Shown one piece after another: positions 12,001 to 24,632 of a DNA stretch of 64,000 nucleotides (position 1 is its first letter; each line of letters opens with the position of its first letter). The DNA comes from Malacoraja senta (lineage: Eukaryota): the NCBI GenBank assembly GCA_038087875.1, contig CM075992.1, forward strand, positions 7,566,001 to 7,630,000, read 5' to 3'. The translations under genes were made by a program, and so were the position numbers. The notes beneath the pieces are model-generated. The model made no database searches. It was not told the origin of the DNA and saw only the letters and a program-made list of their open reading frames with translations.

Positions 12001-14439
12001 TGTTTGACAGTGGCACAATTTGGACAGAAACTGAAGTCTTTAAAGATATGAGAGTAAACGTTATGAGCAAGTTGGCCAAGGTTGTTGATTAAATTAGATT
12101 AAGACGTATGCCAGTAAATAAATATTGGAAATCAATTTGATATTTCATTTTTAACCAATCTATTTTCTGTTGAAAAGTTCATAATTACTTGTTCAAAATC
12201 ACTCCAACTAAAGAGATTAGGGATAGTATTAAGCTAAACAGATGAGCAAACCTGAGGATGAGGACAGATTTAAAATAGGTAGGGGAATAAAGAATTCAAA
12301 GGGTAAGAGAATAAAATAAGGTAGTGAGTTTTTATGAAGGCAAATTCAGAAGTATGTACAGTTATGAAAAAGAAACTGCAGATCATTTGAAGGCAGGTAG
12401 GAAAAAATAAAATGGAAAAACATACAAAAACCTCCTCTTAGAATAAAGGGGAGGTCATTTAAGACTGAGGTGAGAAAAAACTTTTTCACCCAGAGAGTTG
12501 TGAATTTATGGAATTCCCTGCCACAGAGGGCAGTGGAGGCCAAATCACTGGATGGATTTAAGAGAGAGTTAGATAGAGCTCTAGGGGCTAGTGGAGTCGA
12601 GGGATATGGGGAGAAGGCAGACGCGGGTTATTGATAGGGGACGATCAGCCATGATCACAATGAATGGCGGTGCTGGCTCGAAGGGCCGAATGGCCTCCTC
12701 CTGCACCTATTTTCTAGGTTTCTATGTTTCTAAATAAGACCATTACAAATTGTAACATGAGGATTGAGGGATGGCTGAGATATCCATTATCTGACTTCAC
12801 TATAGAATAATTAATCAACTAATTTGGTGAACTTAGAGTCTAATGAGTACATTGATGGTATTAGGATTAGTGAAGAAAGTAAAGTACTTGTACCAGATGT
12901 CCCTGGAGCCTACAAAATATAGAAACAAAGAACTGCAGAGGCTGGTTTATACCGAAGATTGAAAAAGTGCTGGTGTAACTCAGAAGGTCAGGCAGCATCT
13001 CTGGAGAAAAAAAGGATGGGGGATGTTTCGAATTGGGGCCCTTCTTCAAAAGTTGTTGTTATGGAGCCTTATGGTTGTATCCTAAGGCTGTAAAATAGAT
13101 GTAAATTTGTATTTTTCCAAAATTCCCAGATTCTGACATGGCTACAGTTGATTGGAGAAAGGCAAATGTTGTACCATTCTTCAAACGAGGGAGGAAGAAA
13201 ATGGTAGACCTTTTAGTTTGGCATCTGTTTAATATTTTAGAATTGATCATTCAGAATGAGGTTTCATGGCAATTAAAAATACATTGTTTTAATGAAACTA
13301 AATTCATATTTGACAGATCCTCCAGGTGTCGTTTTCACATCTTACCCCTCTATATCTTTAGTCTCCCTCTCCCCTGACTCAGTCTGAAGAAGGGTCTCGA
13401 CCCGAAATATCACCCATTCCTTCTCTTCGGAGATGCTGCCTGTCCCGCTGAGTTACTCCAGCATTTTGTGTCTACAACAGATATAACTTGCACGGCAGTT
13501 AAGAGAAACTAATGGATTTGGTGCGTTGGATATTTAATATGGTGTTGCACAAAGTTTTGCTGGACAGAGTAAATAGTGGTTACCAAATTAGAATGGGTAG
13601 AGGATTGGTTAAAAGACAAATGTGGAATAAATAATGATTTTTCAGGTTGGCAGGTTGTGGTGTGTAGGATACCATAAGAGTCAATGATGGTCCATGATTC
13701 AACCTGCTCCCATCACTCTTTAATTGTTTGCACTTAAGATCATCATTCTTTTTTCCCTCCTGCCTTCTATGGTTCCATTAACCGCCCTCTTCCCCACTCA
13801 GGAAGAGTGTGCTAAGTTGTTCTGAGTTCTTCCAACTTGGCATTGGCTAAAGATTAAACCTGGGAGTAAAGCATTAACCAGGCATGAAAGAACAGGAAGA
13901 GGTCACCCAGCCCCTGAATCTTGTGTCACTTCAAATAGGTCATGGCACACCCGTACCCTAACTATATCTCTGTTTTGGCTCTATATTGCCTTGATATGAT
14001 GAATCTGATTAAATATGAATTTTGATGGAGAATAAATAGCACACCCTTTAAATGAAGGAGAATTTCCCCGCTTCACTCTCGTAAGGATGCAGCGTCACCG
14101 TCTGAAATGTGGATAACTTCTCATCTAAACAGTTTAGTTTAGTGTGTGTTGAGGTACAGTTAGCGGAAAGACAACGCACGATTACAATTGAGCTATCCAC
14201 AGTGCACAGATACATGATGAAGGGTATAACGCTTAGTGCAAGGCCATGTCCGATGGAAGATAGTCCAAGGATTTAGATAGGATGTGGTTGTAAGATTGGG
14301 TCCTGGTGTAAAGTACTGCCATAAGCCATTCAACAGTGCTGCTTCTTCCTGCATACAGGCAGCAACTGAAGAAAGCACCCCCAGAGGTGAGGACTGTACA
14401 GAGCTGGTCGGGGGTGGGGTGGGGGGGGGGGGGCAGAGG

Positions 14440-14602
14440 AACAACTCCAAGACTGCTTGGAGTCTGTAAACTGGGCAATTTTCAGGGACTCGGCAACGGA
14501 CCTGAAAGAATATGCCACAGTCGTTACAGACTTCATAAGGAAATGTGTGGAGGACTGCGTTCCAACAAATACCTTCCGAGTGTTTCTTAACCAGAAGCCT
14601 TG
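14440..14602 (+). mobile_element. Internal Rex1/Babar LINE fragment
   Basis: [47 protein letters not shown], typical of the region before the RT in Rex1 elements; ends about 60 nt before an ATP13A1 exon. Confidence 0.7.
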
Positions 14603-14662
14603 CACTGGGTTTTGTAGATTGGCATTGGGGCAAGAGTGTTTTATCTGCTGCTTCTCTTTCAG

Positions 14663-14783
14663 ATGTGTACTGTACAGAGCCTTTCCGGATCCCCTTCGCC
14701 GGGAAAGTGGAATTCTGCTGCTTCGATAAAACAGGCACGCTGACAAGTGATAACCTGGTGGTCAGAGGGGTTGCTGGACTCCG
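14663..14783 (+). CDS. ATP13A1: ATP13A1 exon (phosphorylation site DKTGTLT)
   Basis: tttcag|AT GTG...CTC CG|gtgagc; [39 protein letters not shown]. Confidence 0.97.
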
Positions 14784-16257
14784 GTGAGCATTCCTTTTCA
14801 TGCCAGTTGGCCACACTCACCTCCTGGAGGCTTTGACACTTGGATGTGGTTGCATGAATGATGGCTGCACTGCGCCGTTCCTTTTCCTAAGCTTTTTCAT
14901 TCCTCGGCACCTTGCATGCCCCTTAACCTCTGTATGTAATTCTGGCTGCTGTGTTTCACTATCTTCACCTCATGATGCTTTGAGCTATTGATTTTCTGAG
15001 CACTCTAAACACTTCTCCCGCAAAGCCTGCCTTAGCCAAGTAAATTGTAACGTGCGTTTTTTTTTTTTTGGCATAATGTCAAAGATATTGTTCTGAAGAA
15101 AATAATATCACCTGAATTCAACTCTGAGGGAAATCTAGCTGCAATGATCTTTACATTAATCAGGCTTAGATTGCATTCCATGACCCCCGTTCAGCCATCC
15201 TGCCAAGAAACGGTTGGATCAAAATGGTTGACCTCGAGGAATAGGAGGTTAGTATTCAGATGCTACAGCCAGCTCCCTCTGTGTTGGATAGATACAAAAT
15301 GCTGGAGTAATTCAACAGGACAGGCAGCATCTCAGGGGTGAAGGAATGGGTGACGTTTTGGGTTGAGACCCTTCTTCAGAGAGTCAGGGGAGAGGTAAAC
15401 TAGAGATATCGACGGGTAAGGTATGAAAACGACAGATTAAAGCAGACAATAGACAATAGGTGCAGGAATAGGCCCTTCGAGCCAGCACCGCCATTCAATG
15501 TGATGATGGCTGATCATCCTCAATCAGTACCCCGTTCCTGCCTTCTCCCCATATCCCCTGACTCCACTATCTTTAAGAGCCCTATATAGCTTTCTCTTGA
15601 AAGTATCCAGAGAACCGGCCTCCACCGCCCTCTGAGGCAGAGAATTCCACACTCACAACTCAGTGAGAAAAAGTGTTTCCTCTGTTCTAAATGGCTTACT
15701 CCTTATTCTTAAACTGTGGCCCCTGGTTCTGGACTCCCCCAACATCGGGAACACGTTTCCTGCCTCTAGCGTGTCCAAACCCTTAACAGTATTATATGTT
15801 TCCATAAGGTGTCCTCTCATCCTCCTAAACTCCCGAGTGTACAAGCCCAGCCGCTCCATTCGCTCACGATGATCAAGGAAATGTAGAATGATTCATTGTT
15901 GGCTGAGGGGACAGTGTCGACGAGGGATCCAAACAGTCTAATTAATGAGGACAGTGAAGCAAGTCAGAGAACTGTGATTGGGGAGGGACGGAGCGTTAGC
16001 TTGGGCAAGTGTTGGCTGGTGCTCGAAAGTTATTCCTGATCATAATCTGCTCATCCACATGAACTGTGTAAGGAACGTACGGGGTTTTATATACTGTCAG
16101 AATTCCTCATGCAAGACCCTTAAAATAATTAAGTGCATTAAAATGTTTTTATTTAATTCAAATACCGTTAACTTTGACCCTGAACTCCGAAAACTGCAAA
16201 TGCTTATTACTGCTTTTGGAGTCCATTGGCACCAAGCAGGTGTCCAACGGTTGGTTC

Positions 16258-16445
16258 ATACCATGTCCTCCATAATGTTTGGGACAAAGACCCATCATTT
16301 ATTTATTTGCCGCTGTACTCCACAATTTGAGATTTGTAATAGAAAAAAAATCACATGTGGTTAAAGTGCACATTGTCAGATTTTAATAAAGGCCATTTTT
16401 ATACATTTTGGTTTTCACCATTAGAAATTACAGCTGTGTTTATTG
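16258..16445 (+). mobile_element. Possible Tc1-like transposon end fragment
   Basis: CCTCCATAATGTTTGGGACAAAG start resembles recalled Tc1-like terminal repeats; no partner end found. Confidence 0.4.
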
Positions 16446-16676
16446 GATATGCAAAAAAGTGACAATGATAAAGGAAACAGGCCATTTTTGGCTGTTTGTT
16501 GGGTGAAAACAAGAAGCTAGTATGACTTGGGTGGGGAGGGATAGAGAGAGGGAATGTTGGGGCTACCTGAAGTTGGAGAAATCACTATTCAAACTGCTGG
16601 GCTGTAAGCTGCCCAAGCAAAATAAGCACTTTCTCTGTGTTTGTGGTGAATATGAGTGTTTCTACTCCTGTTGCAG

Positions 16677-16834
16677 AGAGGGCAAGGAGTTGGTTCCCGT
16701 CTCGGAGATTCCCCTGCAGACACACCGGGTGGTGGCGACGTGTCATTCACTGGTACAGATGGATGACGGCACATTGGTTGGTGATCCCCTTGAAAAGGCA
16801 ATGCTCACAGCTGTTGACTGGACACTCACAAAAG
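16677..16834 (+). CDS. ATP13A1: ATP13A1 exon (N domain, GDPLE)
   Basis: ttgcag|A GAG...AAA G|gtgaga; [12 protein letters not shown]...[22 protein letters not shown]. Confidence 0.96.
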
Positions 16835-17871
16835 GTGAGACGGCCATTTTAGTATTTCTGTAATACAGTGCTATGAAGGTGGGTAGATTTTGCAAAGTAA
16901 AATGGAGAACATTCTTTGCAAGAATTCAATGCATGCAGATTTCATTAATTGCACTCTGATATCTTGAATTTGTTTTGTTGATGTATTTGTTGAATTATTA
17001 CATGTTGCAATAGTTTAGTTTAGAGATACAGCGTGAAAACAGGCCCTTCGGCCCACCAAGTCCGCACCGACCAACATTTCCCTGCATATTAACACTGGGA
17101 CAATTTACAATTACCCCAAGCCAATTAACCTACAAACCTGTACATTTTTGGAGTGTGGGAGGAAACCGATGATCTCGCAGAAAACCCTCGCAGGTCACGG
17201 GGAGAACGTACAAACTCCATACAGACAAGCACCTGTAGTGAGGATCGAACCGGGGTCTCTGGCGCTGAAAGGCAGTGACTCTACCGCTGCACCACCGTGC
17301 CACCCTAATAGTAATAGTGGCGCCAACTAACTCTTTGAGCCTCTCCAATTTTTAGAGACTTGGCTTCAAAGCTACGAACGGTGTACTGCTAATATGAGCA
17401 TATGCTATTCTTTCTCACAATGCTCCTGCACTTGCCTTGGTTCTGACATTTTTTTGCCCATTTTCCTGCAATTGTGTTTTTCAGATTTTGTTTTTTCCCA
17501 CTTATTCCTCGTGTTTATACTTGAAACCTGTTGATTTAAACTATGACAGAGGCTATGGTGCAGAAGAGGACAGCAGAGGAGCAGGTCCTTCGGCCCACAA
17601 AGTCCATACTGAATATAATGCCAAGTTATGAGCAGTCGTGTAAATTCACGAATGAAAGTTTCTTTTATCCCTACTTAAATCAGTTGAAGAGGAGGCAAAA
17701 AAACAGATTCCTAAGTGATTCCAAACAGTTCCCTGTAACCTAATCAATGTGGGCAATCTACTGACCCAAGCATGGTACAAGACTTGGTCTTCCATTGGTA
17801 GGGCAGCTCCCAGTACATTGGTGAGGACCAGCGCTGACTCCCCCAGTGCAAGTAACCACCTTTACTCCAGA

Positions 17872-18272
17872 TTTTTTTTTAATTTTTATTTTTTAATTTC
17901 AAAATAGACTTTATTCAGGTAATAAATATATACAATACATGAACCATGCAAAAAATTTGTCCGACATTTTCGGATACTATACAAATTGTTCAATGCAGTT
18001 TATATAAATTTCACAAATCTGTCCCCCACCCGTGCAACTCATGTGGCCCACTGGCGTGGGATACCTTCCCTTATTTTGAGGTGAGTCTCCACCACACCGT
18101 GCCCCCCTTGTCCAGCAGCGGGAGGACCCTAGACTGTGGTCCTCCCCCACCAAGCCTTGGTGTTAGCTGCACCGAGCTTCAGTGCGTCCCTCAGCACGTA
18201 CTCCAGCAGTCTGCAGCGGGCCAGTCGGCAACATTCCCCGACGGACATCTTGCTCTGCTGGGTGGTGAACAA
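17872..18272 (-). mobile_element. Tx1-like LINE 3' end
   Basis: Minus strand encodes ..ECCRLARCRLLEYVLRDALKLGAANTKAWWGRTTV*, followed by a 3' UTR, AATAAA and an A-rich tail. Confidence 0.65.
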
Positions 18273-20109
18273 CGCTGTTTAAGAAGGAACTGCAGATGCT
18301 GGAAAATGGACCAGAAACGTCGCCTATTTCCTTCGCTCCATAACACCGAAGACACCTTTACTCCAGAGATGGCTTTTACACCAGCTCTTGTGTGCGACGA
18401 TCACAAACATTAAAGGCTAGAGTTTGCAAAATCTTGTTTATTAAATCCTAAAGCTTCCCCTCCTACAATCACCCTTAAAGTAATGAAATGCATTTAAATA
18501 AACTGATTTAATGATACAATAAGGTTAACTTTGATCCTGGCCTGAACTGAGAAAACTGCCAAAGTTTGCTATTGCTTTTGGAGTCCATTGGCACTGTTGG
18601 AAGTATGACCTTCATGCCTTGAGAATCCCAAGGCTGTGCTCAGTTAAATGTTTAAAAGCTGGTGGATCGACGGGAATCTGAAGTAGATCTGAGCTCTAAT
18701 TTTTGAGGCTCGTCTCCTGGTAAATTGCTTTCAGTGGCCAATGGTGACCCCTGGAGAATCTTGTGGAAATTGCAGTCAAACACAAATTAAGCTGCAGACG
18801 CAAGGAACTGCAGATGCTGGAGTTTTAAACAAAACACAGTGCTGGAGGAACTCAGCGGGTCAGGCAGCATCTGTGGAGGGAATGGACAGACGGCTTTTCT
18901 GGTCCCTATCCTCCTTCAGACCCAAATGAAACTTTGAGGTTTTGTCAACCACTTAAATTTTTCTGTTGCTTTACACCAACATCTTGTTTTCAATTTGGCC
19001 ATGAAAACTATGACGCAACGGGCCCTTTAGCCCACAAAGTCACTACCTAACATGATGCAAAGTTAAATGTTGCTCCTCTGCCTGTGATCCATATAATTCC
19101 ATTTCATTAGACAATAGGTGCAGGAGTAGGTCATTCGGCCCTTCGAGCCAGCACCGCCATTCAATGTGATCACGGCTGATAATCCCCAATCAGTACCCCA
19201 TTACTGCCTTCTCCCAATATCCCCTGACTCTGCTATCTTTAAAAGCCCTATCCAGCTCTCTTGAAAGTAACCAGAGAACCGGCCTCCACCACCCTCTGAG
19301 GCAGAGCATTCCACAGACTCACAACTCACTGTGAGGAAAAAATGTTTCCTCGTCTCCGTTCTAAATGGCTTACCCCTTATTCTTAAACTGTGGTCCCTGG
19401 TTCTGAACTCCCCCAACATCGGGAACATTTCCTGCATATAAAAGGATTGATCTAAAAGATGGGATGTGTTGGTTGGTGTGGACAACTTGGGCCGAAGGGC
19501 CTGTTTCAACGCTATATATGACTATGACTATTGCAAAATTAGGGGCCGTAGTGAGAAATGGTGATGATGGATTTCTCCAGACTAGCGTGAGCTTGCCAGG
19601 TTAAATGGCCTCATTATGATTTGGTAATTCCTTTTGAAGAAACATTCCCATGCCTTTAAATGTTTGATCCGTGTTGACTGCCCAACTTGCTTCAAGTGAA
19701 GCTCGCATTACTTTCCTACGCCTGTTGTATTGATAAACCAATCACGAATGTTTTTCAGTTATTTACAGTGCTGCGTTCAACAGTTCGAGATAGATACAAT
19801 AAGGAAACAGAACCTCCAGCCCACCGAGTCCACGCCGACCAGCGATTACCCCATATACTAGCATTATCCTACACACCAGGAACAATTTACAATTTTACCA
19901 AAGCCAAGAACCTACAAACCTGTACGTCTTTGAAATGTGGGAGGAAACCGGAGCCCCCGGAGAAAATCACCTTAGTCACGGGGAGAACGTACATACTCCT
20001 GAAAGGCAGCACCCGTAGTCTCGGGTCTCTAAGGCAGCAAATAATTTGCTCCGCCACCGCGCCGCCTATGTTTGTCTGAGATTTGCCATGTTTTTCTTTG
20101 CTCTTGCAG

Positions 20110-20285
20110 ATGAGAAGGTTTTCCCTAAAAGTATCAAATCACAAGGTCTGAAAATCCACCAGCGCTTTCATTTTGCCAGTGCGTTGAAACGCATGTCAGT
20201 CTTGGGCTCCTACGAGACGATGGGCTCCACGGACCTCCAGTACTTCAGCACAGTGAAGGGGGCACCTGAGACGTTGCGTAGCATG
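20110..20285 (+). CDS. ATP13A1: ATP13A1 exon (N domain, KGAPE)
   Basis: ttgcag|AT GAG...AGC ATG|gtaagg; [29 protein letters not shown]...[11 protein letters not shown]. Confidence 0.96.
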
Positions 20286-21579
20286 GTAAGGGCCCGACTT
20301 GGCAGAGAGCTCGCTAAATGTGGGGAGGTGGACCCGGGCTCTGCGAGGAGGGGGTTGATGGGGTCATCTTTGTTCTCAAACAAACGCCCTTTATTTGTGG
20401 TTACAATCAAAAGACCATTATCACACAGCTGAGGTCATACCTTTCTCTTGTCATTAACTATAACTCATAGCCATCTCTCATTAAGTGGCAATGTGACAGA
20501 TTAATGCAATGGCAAAAAATGAAGGATAGATGAGGTGAATTGAACACTGGTATGATCTGAAGTCCATCGCCTGGAAGGATTGTGGAAGCAGATTTACTAG
20601 TACCTTTCGTGGGCGTTGGATACAGGTTACTAGGGGAGAAAAGGTCAGGATGTGAACTAAGAGCAGCCCAAGTTGGAGATCTCTGTCTAAGAGCTGGCAG
20701 AGGCATGTTGAGCTAAATGGCTGCGCTGTGCACTCAATTCCATGATCCTTTTGAAGCTGAAACTAAAACTTTTAATGCAAGGTGCCGTTGTTTATTAAAG
20801 TACAAGAGCATAAAATTTGGCTTCGTATTCACCTAAATTCCTGGTCACAGTTTGAGGCTGTAGCCCTTGTAACTATCAAGGGTGGTATGTCCACACTCCA
20901 GTAGATGGATTGACATTGGCTTTTACACTGGAGCTTTGAGTTTTGATGCTAAAGGCCCTAGTCTAACTCCATTTTTAATTAAAGTATATGAACAATATTA
21001 AAGTCTGAAGAAGGGTCTCGACTCGAAATGTCACCCATTCCTTCTATCCTGAGATCCTACCTGTCCCGTTGAGTTAATCCAGCATTTTGTGTATCGGTTT
21101 AAACCAGCATCTGCAGTTCCTTCCTGCACATTGAAGTTCTTATTGAGTTGTAAGACGCTGTTTTTATATTTCTGTAGAAAAGTCCAACACTGTGCAGATT
21201 GCTTAGGACTCCTGAGATTTATAACTCGGAAAGACGTTGAAGCTGAGCCTTTTAATGCAATGTATACTTCATGAATCTTGCCTTTAGCTTTGGCATAGCT
21301 TTGTATGTGGTTTATTGGTCAGGTTGTCGGCGACTAAACAGTCTCCCCCACCTGGTTTGCCAGGTGAGGAGGGTGCTGTGGACCCCCAGCAGGACCAAGA
21401 ACAAGACCTGTCAAAGGGCGGATGAGCTCCTAGCAAGCCAATGGCCATTTACACTTCAGTAGAAGTTGCGATCACTGTCGTACATAGCATTGTAAGGCAC
21501 CGTGCCCGTTGATGTTTTCAACGATGATGATGATAATGATGATGATTATTGGTTACCTACACATGTGGTTGTTTTCTAG

Positions 21580-21690
21580 TTCTCAGAGCGTCCAAGTAAT
21601 TATGATTCTGTCCACACGGAGATGTCACGAGAGGGAGCAAGAGTATTAGCCTTGGGGTATAAAGAGATGGGATACCTCACTCATCAGCAG
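21580..21690 (+). CDS. ATP13A1: ATP13A1 exon
   Basis: ttctag|TTC...CAG CAG|gtaatc; [37 protein letters not shown] (not in the ORF track). Confidence 0.95.
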
Positions 21691-21816
21691 GTAATCATGT
21701 CCTTTCTTGCTTCAGGTAATCAAGCCGTACAAATAGCAAAGTTACCCCATGATTATAAATACCCCATTCTGCACATATCCTCCAAAGATGCTGCCTGACC
21801 CGCTGAGTTACTCTAA

Positions 21817-22113
21817 AGGGCCTGTCCCACGGTACGAGGTAATTCAAGAGCTCTCCCGAGTTTAAAAAAAAATCTAAACTCGTGGTAAGCACGTAGAATG
21901 TACGTCGGAGCTCAGGACGTCTCTTAGCGGCTCGTAACGCTAACGGCAGGTACTCGGTAAACACGGTAAGCTCGTGAAGATTTTTCAACATGTTGAAAAA
22001 TGTCCACGAGAGCCCCGAGTACCTACAAGCGGCTATTACCATAATTCTCCGTGTTCGAATCAGGGGAAACTCGGGAGAACTCTTGAATTAGCTCGTACAG
22101 TGGGACAGACCCT
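21817..22113. mobile_element. PIF/Harbinger-like MITE, ~300-bp subfamily
   Basis: TIR AGGGCCTGTCCCAC.../...GTGGGACAGACCCT, TAA on both sides; interrupts a Penelope-derived repeat. Confidence 0.85.
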
Positions 22114-22975
22114 TAATACTTTGTATTACTCAAGGTTGCTGCAGTTCATTGTCTCCATTGATACTGAGTCAATGAGGATGTATTGAAGGGATCTTGTACC
22201 TTGTACCTTGTACAAGGGGCCAAAAGCCTGGCCCAGAAGTGTGTTTCAAGGTTTCTCTGAATGATACGCGGTTCAGACATCATAAAAGTGTGCTTTGGTA
22301 AATGAAGCTTTAGCTGGGCTAACAAAATCGGGGTTGATGAGGCTAGCGGTTAGTTAGGCTGGGAGAAATTAGAGAGGTGGGAGGATTGAGATCTTGCAGG
22401 AATTTGAACGCGGGTGAGAAATGTAAATTGGAGGCACAGCACAACAGCCAGTGTGGGACAGCAAACTCTCAGGTGAAAGTTAAGTGAACAGAAGTAGTAC
22501 ACAGTGATACAGCAGTAGAGTTACTGTCTTGCAGCGCCAGAGACCCGGGTTCGATCCTGACTACGGATGCTGTCTGTACGGAGTCTGTACATTCTCCCCG
22601 TGACCAGTGTGGGTTTTCTCCGGGTGCTCTGGTTTCCTCCCACACTCCAAAGACGTACAACCAATTTGTTGGTTAATTGGTTTGGTAAAATTGTAAATTG
22701 TCCCAAGTGTGTGTGTGGGATAGCATTAGTGTGCAGGGATCGCTGGTCGGCGTGGATTTGGTGTGCTGATGGGACTGTTTCCGCTCTGTACCGCTAAACT
22801 AAATTAAGCCAACCTTGGTGTGGCATGAGCGCTCATGCATGCAAACATAGTTTTTAATAGTTGGAGAGGGATATTTTTGCAGAAGAGATTTCTGCATCTC
22901 AAACGCATTGTGCTTGTGTAACGAATCTCTGCCTTGCCATTATTGCAAAACTTGTGGAACAGTGAATTGCTGCCC

Positions 22976-23003
22976 CTGAAGAAGGGTCTCGACCCGAAAC
23001 GTC
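22976..23003 (+). ncRNA. Minimal hammerhead-ribozyme core in the Penelope-derived repeat (best-preserved copy)
   Basis: CTGAAGA-A-GGGT CTCG ACCC-GAAA-CGTC: core boxes, 4-bp stem II, palindromic ACGT stem III, GUC site; stem I is weak. Confidence 0.6.
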
Positions 23004-24112
23004 ACCTATTCCTTCGCTCCATAGATGTAGCCTCACCTGCTAAGTTTCTCCAGCATTTTTATCTACCTTCGATTTTTCCAGCATCTGCAGTTCCCTCTTA
23101 AACAACTAGTGAAGGCAGTAATGTTTCAGGTCGTGGTGTTAGAATGGGTTGTTAAACCATATCAAGATAAGAAAACTTACATAGAGGGAAAACTACAAAC
23201 CGCAGTTCTCTAGAAATCTGGGCTAACAATTATCGTTTATCCAACATTATTAACACTAACTGGTGTTTCAGCAACTTTACTATGTTCAACTTGCAGCTGT
23301 CTCCATGTTGCAGTGATAGTTGTAGCAAAAGTGTATGTGCTGTTCATTGGCCTGGCTTTGTGGCGTATACTGTATGAACGCTGGCTGGCTGTTGAATTGG
23401 CATTTGTAATGAAAGTGTGTGTGAAGTGAATTATAAATTATTTCCCGCAGCATCTGGCAGGGGATACAATTTCACAGATGCTATTTTCCTAAATAGGGGC
23501 ACACTTTGATATTTAATTATGAATTCCTACATGTTTGAAGTTAAAACTGAGTTAAGTTACAGATACCCCATCCTGATCCAGTAATTCCCTTTACAGCCTG
23601 CACCATGTGAAAACGACATTTTAATCCTAAAATGCTGGAGTAACTCAACGGGTCAAGCAGCATCTCGACCAGAAAAGTCACCTATTCTTCTCCAGAGATG
23701 CTGCCTGACCTGCTGAGTTACTCCAGCATTTTGTGTCCATCTTCGGTGTAAATCAACATCTGCAGTTCCTTCCTACACACTTATTAATCATGTACAGTAT
23801 CGGATCATTTAATAGGATCCTTCGTTCCTTTACCAAATGCTCTAGGTGTAGTTTTGACCATGTCCTAGTTATATTGTTCCTTTGCTCTGATATTTCTTCA
23901 GTAGTCCACACAGGCCAGTCAGTACATTGAGCTGCGTATCACATTGAAGCTGAGATTGAACGTTTAGGGGCATGTACATTTGTTCATTGACAGCTGGCAA
24001 GACTCTGCACTTTGGAATTGTGAAGTTATTGCCTATTAGGTTTGCCAGTTTTTGTTTTTTTATGCCTTAAGGCTTTATAACTTTTTATTTCCATATTTTT
24101 CACCCTGGCTAG

Positions 24113-24238
24113 GTGCGTGAAATAGCCCGTGAGGATTTGGAAGCGAACCTGAAATTTGCAGGCTTCATGGTAGTCTCTTGTCCCCTCAAGAGTGATTCAA
24201 AAGCTGTCATTAAAGAGATCCAGAATGCATCGCATCAG
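24113..24238 (+). CDS. ATP13A1: ATP13A1 exon
   Basis: gctag|GTG...CAT CAG|gttagt; [42 protein letters not shown]. Confidence 0.95.
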
Positions 24239-24328
24239 GTTAGTACACAGTTACTGCTCCAAGTCTCACTCAGTCAGTGAGTGGTGGGTTGAGGTAATAG
24301 CCAACAAGAGCTTTCACCTGCAGCACTC

Positions 24329-24632
24329 GGGGCGGCACAGTGGCGCAGCGGTAGAGTTGCTGCCTCACAGCGCCAGAGACCAGGGTTCGATCCTGACTAC
24401 GGGTGCTGTCTGTACGGAGTTGGTGCATTCTCCCTGTGACTGCTTGCGATTTTCCCCGGGGGTTCCCGTTTCCTCCCGCACCCCAATGATGTACAGGTTT
24501 GTCAGTTAATTGGCTTTGGTAAAAATAGTAAATTGTCCCTTGTGTGTGTGTGTGTGTAGCTAGATGACTGGTCGGCGCGGAATCAGTGGACCGAAGGGCC
24601 TGTTTCCGCGTTGTATCTCTAAACCAAACTAA
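24329..24632 (+). mobile_element. tRNA-derived V-SINE (HE1-like), near full length
   Basis: A box TGGCGCAGCGG, B box GGTTCGATCC, V-domain-like core, CR1-like 3' tail ending (CTAAA)n. Other copies near 8684-8975(-), 17012-17305(-), 19790-20062(-), 22498-22805(+), 24769-25047(+), 31955-32165(-), 39875-40140(-), 49713-50012(-). Confidence 0.85.

Noticed and set aside
14193..14816. 207-aa and 138-aa minus-strand ORFs overlapping the DKTGT exon
   Set aside because: Antisense shadows of an ATP13A1 exon plus Rex1 and repeat fragments; no recognisable protein.
24329..24400. tRNA-like A/B boxes
   Set aside because: Heads of V-SINE copies that continue into SINE core and tail; not tRNA genes.
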